15,285 bases of DNA from Pseudobacteriovorax sp. (GTDB lineage: Bacteria; Bdellovibrionota_B; Oligoflexia; Oligoflexales; Oligoflexaceae). Location of the stretch: contig JBNKNM010000126.1 in NCBI GenBank assembly GCA_050293845.1, positions 1-15,285 of the forward strand. The letters are read 5' to 3'. The first letter of the stretch is position 1, and each line of letters begins with the position of its first letter. This document shows, piece by piece, positions 7,171 through 15,061 of this stretch. The notes below the pieces were generated by a model. The model saw only the letters and a list, made by a program, of their open reading frames with translations. It did not search any database and was not told the origin of the DNA. The position numbers and the translations under genes are program-made.

Positions 7171-8264
7171 TCCTCGAAAAAAATAAGACTAGAATCTCCA
7201 TAGGAATAAAATCGATAGCTGTTTTCAATAGCGAATTGATACAGTGCCTTTGTTTTATCATATCCCACGAGGGCTGAAATTAGCATGAGCAAAGTACTTT
7301 CAGGCTGATGGAAGTTCGTCATGATCCCGGCCAATATTTTTGAGCGATAGCGTTCTGCGCGTGTCTTGGGATATATGAATAGGTCTGTAGACCACCATTG
7401 CTCTGCTTTATCAGCAAGTTGATCCATGGTGGTTAAAGAGAGGAATGATTCCATAGATCGGAAACTAGTGGTCCCTACAGTAAAGATGGGGATTTTTTGC
7501 TGGTAGGCCGTGTAGATGGCTTGCCAGCTGTCCTGGGGAATGAAATATTTTTCAGCGTGCATCTCATGTTGATCAAGCTGTTCTGTTTTGACTGGTAGAA
7601 ATGTCCCGGCACCCACATGCAATGTGATGTCGACAATTTTGATTTTGCTTTGTTGAGAAAGCTTTTCGCAGAGCTCTGTAGTGAAATGCAGCCCTGCCGT
7701 TGGTGCCGCCACACTTCCACGGGGACCAGCATATACCGTTTGATAGGACTTTGTGTCTGCGCTTTGCGATGCCGGTAACGGATGCTCTCGCTTGATGTAA
7801 GGGGGAAGCGGGATAAAACCCTCGTCTTCAACAAAACCATAAAAGTCCTCCCAAGTCAGGGGGAAGCTGATAGTGAAATATGGCGTTGTTGCTGAATGCA
7901 CCTCCTCCACGGTACCCACTGTGGTACCGAAGTAAATGTCCACCGAAGGCTTAAGCTTTTTCATGGGTTTGCCGATGGCTTTCCATTTACAAGTTTTGGA
8001 ATGACTGAGGGGCTCAATCAGCATAATCTCCACCCTTCCCCCATGCTTTGTTTTGCCAATGATCCGGCTGGGAATGACGCGACTATTATTGCGTATGATG
8101 ACGGCTTCTTGGGGTAAATAATCAAGCAAACGATGCACTTTGGTATTGATAAACTGCCCCCCTCTAGCAACAAGAAGCTTGGCTTCCGCTCTATTTTCAA
8201 GGGGCTGATGAGCGACCAGCTCGGGGGGGAGATCATAGTGAAAGTCTTTTTTACTGAGGCTCAT
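7167..8264 (-). CDS. queA: S-adenosylmethionine:tRNA ribosyltransferase-isomerase (queuosine biosynthesis)
   Basis: 'DFHYDLPPELVAHQP', 'NNSRVIPSR', 'G.IPLPPYIKR', 'YQTVYA..GSVAAPTAGLHFT', 'TLHVGAGTFLPV', 'VGTTS.R..ES', 'TNFHQPESTLLML', 'YRFYSYGD'. Start moved to ATG 8264 (MSLSKKDF, AGGA upstream) from 8297, which would overlap the upstream gene. Confidence 0.97.
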   Translation of the reverse strand: MSLSKKDFHYDLPPELVAHQPLENRAEAKLLVARGGQFINTKVHRLLDYLPQEAVIIRNNSRVIPSRIIGKTKHGGRVEIMLIEPLSHSKTCKWKAIGKPMKKLKPSVDIYFGTTVGTVEEVHSATTPYFTISFPLTWEDFYGFVEDEGFIPLPPYIKREHPLPASQSADTKSYQTVYAGPRGSVAAPTAGLHFTTELCEKLSQQSKIKIVDITLHVGAGTFLPVKTEQLDQHEMHAEKYFIPQDSWQAIYTAYQQKIPIFTVGTTSFRSMESFLSLTTMDQLADKAEQWWSTDLFIYPKTRAERYRSKILAGIMTNFHQPESTLLMLISALVGYDKTKALYQFAIENSYRFYSYGDSSLIFFED

Positions 8265-8271
8265 AAGTTTC

Positions 8272-10428
8272 CTATACAATAAAAAGTGGTTTGCCATCTA
8301 GGGTACCTGTCCAGGGTAATCGATTTAGTTCCCCCACCCGTCGCGCCTCGCTAAAGTAGCCGGTTGCATCCCCATAGGCATAAAGTAAGGGGTCATTCTG
8401 TAATTGCTTGGTGAGCTGCTTAAGGGACTCCTCTCTGCCTGACATGACACTAATACACCAAGGGTGGGGTGCGAAGCAGGAGTGGAGGGGGAGGAGAGGA
8501 TCTCCGCTCTTATCCAACCATAAAACGCCGCTGTGATCGCGGTAGATGGGAACGTCTCCTTGCTTCTGATACTCCTCAAAGAGTTGAAAAGTGCGAATCT
8601 TGTGGGGCAGAGGTAAGGCCATGGGCTTTAAATCTGCTACTTGTTGGCAGGCTTCTGCAAAACTATGCTGGGAATCCGGACTGAATATGAAGATGCCTCG
8701 GGAAGACAAGCAGCCCAATCCAGATAAGCTATAGATGTCTTTTTGGATTTTTTCTAAATCCGTTGCCAAAGAACGGCTGTCGATAATATCAAACGCAAAT
8801 TTACTACCAAACCCCTGTACCTTTAAGGCCGTTTCCTTTCTTACACATTCTATGGTTTGGTCGGAGCCAAAAAGAAAGCAGGCATCAAATTGCTGATGAC
8901 TACTCGCATCTAAGCGTTCGTGTGAAGGCATGAAATTCAGCTTGGCTCCGCTGGCTTCAATAAAGGCTTTAAAAGCATTAAAAAATTTCTGGTGGGTGCG
9001 CGTGGCCCGTAATGTCACCTTTAGATTCAGACAGATCGCTAATACCACAGGATAAATGACCGCCAGGGGATGAGTCTGCGGGGATACTATCAGCCAACGC
9101 TCGGGGGTTTCCCTATTAAAGGTCTTTTCTACAGCCCGATACCACTGAGAGAGGCCTTGTGGAATATCTGCTAACAGATCTTCAATAGCCCATTGCACCA
9201 CCTGGTCCATTTCAAAACTGGTTTTAAGTATCTTTTTAATATGATCTGAAGATAACCATAGTGCTAGGTTTTTATAAAAAAAATGAATCCTTTTAGGGAT
9301 TATGGTCGCTTGCCAGTGAGTACTTTTAGAGCCCGCAGCTACCTCCTGGATGTGTTGTGATAACAGGCTTTCAGCGTTAAGAGAGCAGCCTTTTAAAACT
9401 GTATTTGGCAAGCGCCCGCAGAGCGTGAAGCTGCCATCGGCCTTTAAGTCGACTAGGTCCTGGGTGCGTATGCTCCCAGAGCAGTCAATGCGCAGTGGAT
9501 CATGGATCACAAGAGCTCCTCTGCCTTCCTTTAGAACCTTTGCAGAATCTTGCTGGACTCCTATAGCTACCCAGCTGGGGAATCGAAACCGCCGTCCTTC
9601 CTGACTTGGAATTTCATATGCCTGGCAAGCCAGTTCACACATACCATACTCACTAATAATGGGGATACTTTGATGGCGGCTTGCAAAGATTTTTTGTATG
9701 GCATCATGCAGCTCTGATCGCGATACTTCGCGGGTGCGGCCTTTGGTTCCTCCCGTTTCGATGACAATACTTCCGGGAGGAAGGGGGCAGTGGTAACCTG
9801 AGTCGTACAACTCAATAAAGTGAAATCCGGTCCCAAAGACCCATACCGGAGATTGCAGGCCCGGTTGCGGTCTAGAAAAGCTGACCGGTGAAGAAGCGGC
9901 AATCCACGTGATCATTTGAGCTAGGCTAGAATTGCGCCACTCTGTTGCAGGGGGAACAAGACTATAGCCTTGTCTTGTCCTGGGGTCAGAAAAATAGTGT
10001 TTTAGTACCTCGTGGAATATAGTAACTGAGCTAATTTGGTATAATTTTAATCCCGCGCTTGAAAATTGTGACTGGGATCTCAAGGATTCCGTTGTACCGC
10101 TGGATAAGAATTTGTGGGGCAACTGGTCGGGAAATAATGTTGCTGGTTGGGACTTAAACCATTCGATAGGATAAATGGGTCTTTGGGCCGGCAAAGCGGG
10201 GTTTTGATCCCATAGGGGACGAGCTATGACCTGTTGCCATAGTTGCTGATTGCTTGCATTCAGGCTGTTTTGTTCTGCATCCACCACAGTTTTGACTCCA
10301 TCGTAAAACCCCTTCCTCAGAAGCTCCTGCAGAGAGAACAGGGAGGGGGATACAAGATGACAAAGTGAGTTGTTAAACGAACTTCCATTTACTATATTCT
10401 TTAGTGCTGGCCAATAACGATCATGCAT
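8272..10428 (-). CDS. Fused LuxE-like acyl-protein synthetase (aa ~1-350) and LuxC-like acyl-CoA reductase (aa ~375-718)
   Basis: N half: 'PIEWFK', 'FLSSGTT', 'SSLAQM', 'VFGT', 'IETGGTKGR.RE..R.ELH', 'SEYGMCEL..QAY', 'F.FPSWV', 'I.TQDL', 'GR....LKGCS'. C half: ALDH-like 'FDACFLFGSDQTI..VR', 'GFGSKFAF.II', 'DIYSLSGLGCLSSR.IF'. One uninterrupted 718-codon frame. Confidence 0.8.
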   Translation of the reverse strand: MHDRYWPALKNIVNGSSFNNSLCHLVSPSLFSLQELLRKGFYDGVKTVVDAEQNSLNASNQQLWQQVIARPLWDQNPALPAQRPIYPIEWFKSQPATLFPDQLPHKFLSSGTTESLRSQSQFSSAGLKLYQISSVTIFHEVLKHYFSDPRTRQGYSLVPPATEWRNSSLAQMITWIAASSPVSFSRPQPGLQSPVWVFGTGFHFIELYDSGYHCPLPPGSIVIETGGTKGRTREVSRSELHDAIQKIFASRHQSIPIISEYGMCELACQAYEIPSQEGRRFRFPSWVAIGVQQDSAKVLKEGRGALVIHDPLRIDCSGSIRTQDLVDLKADGSFTLCGRLPNTVLKGCSLNAESLLSQHIQEVAAGSKSTHWQATIIPKRIHFFYKNLALWLSSDHIKKILKTSFEMDQVVQWAIEDLLADIPQGLSQWYRAVEKTFNRETPERWLIVSPQTHPLAVIYPVVLAICLNLKVTLRATRTHQKFFNAFKAFIEASGAKLNFMPSHERLDASSHQQFDACFLFGSDQTIECVRKETALKVQGFGSKFAFDIIDSRSLATDLEKIQKDIYSLSGLGCLSSRGIFIFSPDSQHSFAEACQQVADLKPMALPLPHKIRTFQLFEEYQKQGDVPIYRDHSGVLWLDKSGDPLLPLHSCFAPHPWCISVMSGREESLKQLTKQLQNDPLLYAYGDATGYFSEARRVGELNRLPWTGTLDGKPLFIV

Positions 10429-10545
10429 CGGATATCAATAGCTTTCAAACCATTCATAATAGAGTAAGCTTAAATATCTATGCATCCCTTTGTGATGCCA
10501 AATCAACGGTGTATATAACGATTTACCACCAAAGGCAAGTGAGTA

Positions 10546-11355
10546 ATGTCTGCAAATTATCAACTTAAACTAGATCGCTTTGAAGGGCCTTTGGATCTGC
10601 TCCTGCATCTGATCAAGGTTAATGAGATTGACATCTTTAACATCGATATTTTCCTGTTAGCAACCCAGTATATTCAGTACCTTAGAACAGTGCGCTATGA
10701 CGATCTCTCTGTAGCAGGTGAGTTTCTTGAAATGGCCGCCACCCTTGTGGAAATAAAAACCCGGATGTTGCTACCTCGTAATGACATTGGCAGCGCTGGA
10801 GATGAGAGTGAGGATGAGGACCCGACCAAGACTCTGCATGAAAGGCTGCTTACTTATGAAAGTTTCAAGGGGGTGGCAGAGTTTTTAGGACACCGTCCTC
10901 GCTATGATATTATTATTTGTCAGTCCCCTGAACCTAAAAGGCTAGCTCCGCTGTATGAACATATCGAGGCTCCTCTGGAAGGTGATACCACCTCTTTAGT
11001 CATTCTCTATGAACAGATGCTGAAGGGGCTGGCAGAGCGCAAACCTCCAGCCAAGGTTGAAGCAAAGATGCATATGGTGACGGTCGATCAAAAGATCCAG
11101 GAGCTGGAAAAACTGATCGAAACAGTTAAGTTTGCTCTATTTCAAGGTTTTTATAAAAAATTTCGCTCCCGCTATGAGCTTGTAGTCTATATTTTGGCTG
11201 CCCTGGAACTTTCTAAGGGCGGAAAAATAAGGCTCCTTCAGCAGGAAATTAATGGGCCTATATGGCTTTATCGCAGCGATTTCGACCGCAAAAACCTCCC
11301 TATTGGCGCAGCTAGGTTAGCAGAAGATCAAACAATTAGGAGTCCAGAGAGTTGA
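10546..11355 (+). CDS. scpA: Segregation and condensation protein A (SMC kleisin)
   Basis: 'FEGPLDLLLHLI...EIDIFNI', 'GEFLEMAATLVEIKTRMLLP', 'EDP...L..RL..Y', C-terminal winged helix 'LVVYILAALEL.K.G.I.L.Q'. Confidence 0.95.
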   Translation: MSANYQLKLDRFEGPLDLLLHLIKVNEIDIFNIDIFLLATQYIQYLRTVRYDDLSVAGEFLEMAATLVEIKTRMLLPRNDIGSAGDESEDEDPTKTLHERLLTYESFKGVAEFLGHRPRYDIIICQSPEPKRLAPLYEHIEAPLEGDTTSLVILYEQMLKGLAERKPPAKVEAKMHMVTVDQKIQELEKLIETVKFALFQGFYKKFRSRYELVVYILAALELSKGGKIRLLQQEINGPIWLYRSDFDRKNLPIGAARLAEDQTIRSPES

Positions 11356-12572
11356 CCGATAAGAAAAGACCCGACCAGGACCAAGAAACTTCCTTTGCGG
11401 ACTTTGAGTTCGAGGCTGAGTTAGAAAGCTTGGCTGCGGAGGTTACAGGCACAGACCTTGGTGACAAGGGAGGTGATCCCCCGCAGGCCGCCGCAATTGC
11501 AGCACAGGAAGATGGTGTAGATGATAGTCTTGAGCATACCATTATGGTGAAGGAGTCTTCCCCCGTTGATATTTTTATAGATGCGACGGGGAAGGCCGAT
11601 CAGGAGCAGGCGGATCACAGCTTGACATTTGCAGAACAGGAAAGTGATGGGCTTTGCTTTACCGAGCAGTTAAGCCTACAGGGGCAAGTGGAGGCGATAC
11701 TTTTTGCTAGCCCAAAACCTATGAAACCTTCTGAAATAGCGGACATTATTCAAGATGAAGATCATGACATTGCGGTGGCCGATGTCGAGGCTGTTATCAC
11801 CCACCTAATGCGCCAATATGAGGAGTCCGGAGGAGGCTTCACCCTTATTCACGAGAAAGGAGTGGGATATCAGTTTCAAACGGTACCAGCAGCAAGTCGT
11901 CTCATGGAAAAAATGTTTTCTAGCAGACCGCGGCCCTTATCCCGTGCGGCTCTTGAAACCCTCTCCATCATTGCCTATCGGCAACCAACCACGCGTGCGG
12001 AAATAGAATATGTTAGGGGTGTCGACGCAGGGTCCATCATCAAGAATCTTTTGGATAGAGAGCTCATCAGGTGTGTGGGGCGCAAAGAGGATGCCGGTAG
12101 GCCCATGGTATTTGGTACAACAGCTGAATTTTTAAAGGTTTTTAACTTAAAAACCCTAGGAGACTTACCACCGTTAGCTTCTTTCCAGCCACCCTCAGAT
12201 ATACTCAAAAATAGTCAAATTGACATTAAAGGCCCTGTTGATGTAGAAGAGTTCGTCGGAGACCAAGATCAGGAACAGCCGGAAGTTTCCGTAGGCCTTG
12301 AACAGGAGCTTCCAAGGGCTGCAATTAGCGATGAACAGGATGATGACGAAACGCCACTGCAATCTGAAGCAGATAGTCCCTCGTTTGTTGATAACGCATC
12401 AGCTAGGGAACTGGTCGATGGTTCAGAAAGGGATGAAGATCCACCAGTTCCAGGGACATCTGTAACGGGTGCGACTCAATTTGACTTTAATGAAACGGAA
12501 CAAAACAATGACAGCAATAAGAATTCAAAAATTTCTCTCCCAACAAGGGATAGCCTCAAGGAGGGAAGCTGA
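11352..12572 (+). CDS. scpB: SMC-Scp complex subunit ScpB with long acidic N- and C-terminal extensions
   Basis: Core aa ~109-277: 'VEAILFAS.KP', 'GYQFQT', 'LSRAALETLSIIAYRQPTTRAEIEYVRGVD', 'GRKE.AGRP..FGTT.EFL..F.L..L.DLPPL'. The TTG start overlaps the scpA TGA (TTGA); the exact start is uncertain. Confidence 0.93.
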   Translation: MTDKKRPDQDQETSFADFEFEAELESLAAEVTGTDLGDKGGDPPQAAAIAAQEDGVDDSLEHTIMVKESSPVDIFIDATGKADQEQADHSLTFAEQESDGLCFTEQLSLQGQVEAILFASPKPMKPSEIADIIQDEDHDIAVADVEAVITHLMRQYEESGGGFTLIHEKGVGYQFQTVPAASRLMEKMFSSRPRPLSRAALETLSIIAYRQPTTRAEIEYVRGVDAGSIIKNLLDRELIRCVGRKEDAGRPMVFGTTAEFLKVFNLKTLGDLPPLASFQPPSDILKNSQIDIKGPVDVEEFVGDQDQEQPEVSVGLEQELPRAAISDEQDDDETPLQSEADSPSFVDNASARELVDGSERDEDPPVPGTSVTGATQFDFNETEQNNDSNKNSKISLPTRDSLKEGS

Positions 12573-13260
12573 AGGATGGATCCAAGATGGTCGGGTTAGC
12601 GTCAATGGAAAGCTAGTACTTACTTTAGGAGCTAAAGTTGATCCTGAGCACGATGAGGTCGCTATCGATGGCAAACTCGTTAGTAAAAGCCCTCTTCCAA
12701 AAGTGTATTGGATGCTGAATAAGCCAGATTTGTATTTAACAAGTCATAAGGGTGATGAGAACAAGCAAACCATATTTGATCTTCCTGCTTTGAAGTATGT
12801 TCCCTTTAAAGTCAATGCGGTAGGTCGTCTTGATTACAGGACTGAAGGCTTACTGCTTCTATCAAACGATGGCGATTTTATTCATCGTCTCACGCACCCT
12901 AAGTTCAAGGTGCCACGTTACTACTACGCACTAGTAAGTCATAAACTCAGTGCTGAGCAGCTTAAAAATGTAAGATCAGGGGTTGCGCTGAGTGATGGTA
13001 AAACCGGACCCATTGAAATACAATTTGCCCAGGGCATGAACCTAGGCAAAAGCACGGGAAGCTGGTATTACCTAAAAGTTCATGAAGGAAGAAATCGGTT
13101 GGTGCGCCGGATTTTTGAGCACTTCGATTTCAAAGTCATTCGTTTGGTACGAGCAGGGTTTGGTGACTTGAGACTACCAGATAGTTTGGCGTCTGGAGAG
13201 TATAGGCAATTAAATTCTGCACAGATAAAGCAACTAAAAAAAGCTGTGGGATTAAAATAG
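12508..13260 (+). CDS. rluB: rRNA pseudouridine synthase, RsuA/RluB family
   Basis: S4 domain 'IRIQKFLS..GIASRREAE..I..GRVSVNG', 'LNKP', catalytic 'VGRLD..TEGLLLLSNDG', 'HP', 'EGRNR.VRRIF'. The position after scpB matches the common scpA-scpB-rluB order. Start placed at ATG 12508 (MTAIRIQK). Confidence 0.9.
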   Translation: MTAIRIQKFLSQQGIASRREAEGWIQDGRVSVNGKLVLTLGAKVDPEHDEVAIDGKLVSKSPLPKVYWMLNKPDLYLTSHKGDENKQTIFDLPALKYVPFKVNAVGRLDYRTEGLLLLSNDGDFIHRLTHPKFKVPRYYYALVSHKLSAEQLKNVRSGVALSDGKTGPIEIQFAQGMNLGKSTGSWYYLKVHEGRNRLVRRIFEHFDFKVIRLVRAGFGDLRLPDSLASGEYRQLNSAQIKQLKKAVGLK

Positions 13261-13273
13261 TGAGGAGTAGCAT

Positions 13274-14263
13274 ATGAAATTAGCAACAAAGAGAAACGAA
13301 ACTCGCGATGGTCAGCTGGTGATAGTTTCTCAGAGTGGTGAACGCTATGTTGCGGTACCAGAAATTGCTCATCATTTGCAGTATGCATTGGATCACTGGG
13401 ATGCAGTATTACCCTCTCTCGAAGGCGTTTATCGAGATTTGAATACGGGCAAACTAACTGGAGACACCTTTCAACCCGAGGATTTTATAGCTCCACTACC
13501 TCGTGCCTACGAATGGGTTGATGGATCTGCCTACATCAATCATATCGTTCTAGTTCGTAAGGCTCGTGGTGCCGAACCCCCAGCGACCCTGGAAACGGAC
13601 CCTTTGGTTTATCAGGGAGGTTCCAGCCGCTTTCTGGCCTCTTGGGAAGATATAGAACTTGCCAATCCGGACTGGGGGTGCGACTTTGAGTCGGAAATCT
13701 GCGTTATTTTGGGTGATACTCCCCAAGGGGTAAAAGCCGAGGAAGCCGAGAAGTATGTGCGGTTGGTCGGTATCATGAATGATATATCCCTAAGGAACTT
13801 GATACCAGGAGAATTGGCGAAGGGATTCGGTTTTTTCTGTTCAAAACCAGCTTCAGCCTTTGCTCCCATTTTGGTAACTCCCGATGAGTTAGGCGATAAA
13901 TGGCGAGGGGGGCGTTTGCACCTTCCCCTCATTACCCACTATAATGGAAATAAATATGGTGATCCTGATGCCGGTCCCGAAATGCACTTTTCATTCTATG
14001 ACCTTATAGCCCATATTAGCAAAACGCGCTCTTATACGGCGGGAACCATTTTAGGGAGCGGCACAGTAAGCAACGAAGATCGTAGCCGAGGTAGTTCCTG
14101 TCTCGCTGAAAAGCGAATGATCGAGAAAATCGATACTGGTGCCATAGCAACACCATTTATGTCATATGGTGATACGGTTGAAATCGAGATGTTTGATACA
14201 GCTGGAGCCTCTATATTTGGTAAAATATCACAAAAAGTAGTGCCACCAGCCCAGGATAAATAA
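13274..14263 (+). CDS. Fumarylacetoacetate hydrolase family protein
   Basis: 'MKLAT.....RDG.L.IVS', 'APLPRAYEW.DGSAY.NH', 'YQGGS', 'DFESE..VI', 'NDISLR', 'SKP', 'AGTI.GSGTVS', 'GD.V.IEM'. SD GAGGAG at 13262-13267. Confidence 0.92.
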   Translation: MKLATKRNETRDGQLVIVSQSGERYVAVPEIAHHLQYALDHWDAVLPSLEGVYRDLNTGKLTGDTFQPEDFIAPLPRAYEWVDGSAYINHIVLVRKARGAEPPATLETDPLVYQGGSSRFLASWEDIELANPDWGCDFESEICVILGDTPQGVKAEEAEKYVRLVGIMNDISLRNLIPGELAKGFGFFCSKPASAFAPILVTPDELGDKWRGGRLHLPLITHYNGNKYGDPDAGPEMHFSFYDLIAHISKTRSYTAGTILGSGTVSNEDRSRGSSCLAEKRMIEKIDTGAIATPFMSYGDTVEIEMFDTAGASIFGKISQKVVPPAQDK

Positions 14264-14284
14264 TCGCAGTCTAGGGATCTTCTT

Positions 14285-15058
14285 TCAGCAGTCTGAGGGA
14301 AGGTTCCGGTGGACCTTATGGACGCTCGCCTGAGCTGTGGGCATGATTATGATATTGTCAATATTAACATGGTCTGGGCGTGACGCTACAAATACAACAC
14401 TCTCAGCAATATCCACTGCGGTAAGCGGTGTTAGCCCCTCATAAACTTTATCGGCTTTCTTTTTACTACCCAGACGTACAATAGAAAATTCAGTTTCTAC
14501 CATACCAGGATCGATGGAAGATATGCGAATTCCTGTACCATTGAGTTCTAATTTTAAGGTTTTATATATGGCCTTAACGCCATGTTTGCTAGCGCAATAT
14601 GGTCCTCCGCCTTCGTAGACTTGATGTCCAGCAATGGAGCCAATGAAAATAATGTGGCCAGACTTTCGGGGTTTCATGTACTGCAGCGCTGCCTGGCTCA
14701 TACGGAGGACCCCAAGGACGTTGGTATCAAATATGGTTTGCCAGTGATCTTCTTTGCCGTTTGCAATGGGGTCGGTCCCTATCACTAGTCCAGCATTATT
14801 GACTAGGATATCTGGCGCGCCCCACGCTTGATATGCTGTATCACAAAAGGCTTGGATACTATTTCCAGAACAGACGTCAAGGGAGTGCTTTAGGATTGTT
14901 CCGCTACTAGCCTCCTGTTCCAATTTAGCTAGACGTTCGACGCGTCTAGCCCCAATAACAACTTTGCAGCCCAACTGAATAAATTCCTTGGCGCAAGCAT
15001 AGCCAATGCCAGAAGAGGCTCCTGTGATCCAAACGACTTTTTCTTGTAGCCTATTCAT
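14285..15058 (-). CDS. Short-chain dehydrogenase/reductase, YdfG-like (probably NADP-dependent)
   Basis: TGASSGIG, 'GARR.ERL', 'LDV', NNAG, 'GSIAG', YCASK, 'PG.VETEFS.VR', 'PL...DIAE.V.F..SRP.HVNI'. Confidence 0.92.
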   Translation of the reverse strand: MNRLQEKVVWITGASSGIGYACAKEFIQLGCKVVIGARRVERLAKLEQEASSGTILKHSLDVCSGNSIQAFCDTAYQAWGAPDILVNNAGLVIGTDPIANGKEDHWQTIFDTNVLGVLRMSQAALQYMKPRKSGHIIFIGSIAGHQVYEGGGPYCASKHGVKAIYKTLKLELNGTGIRISSIDPGMVETEFSIVRLGSKKKADKVYEGLTPLTAVDIAESVVFVASRPDHVNIDNIIIMPTAQASVHKVHRNLPSDC

Positions 15059-15061
15059 CCG

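Noticed and set aside
8272..10428. Bioluminescence (lux) operon
   Set aside because: No luxA/luxB luciferase, luxD or luxG in the window; the motifs resemble the widespread non-luminescent LuxE/LuxC homologues.
10481..10519. Possible promoters in the luxEC/scpA divergent spacer (TTGTGA-18-TATAAC on +; TGGCA...TGCA on -)
   Set aside because: The sigma-70 match is weak and the sigma-54 GG-GC spacing is wrong; not supportable without TSS data.
523..14788. The many 60-120 aa alternative-frame and antisense ORFs in the track (e.g. 3941-4189, 5819-6163, 7475-7840, 9567-9902, 13612-13932)
   Set aside because: They lie largely or wholly within well-supported genes and show no recognisable motifs; they are expected shadow ORFs.
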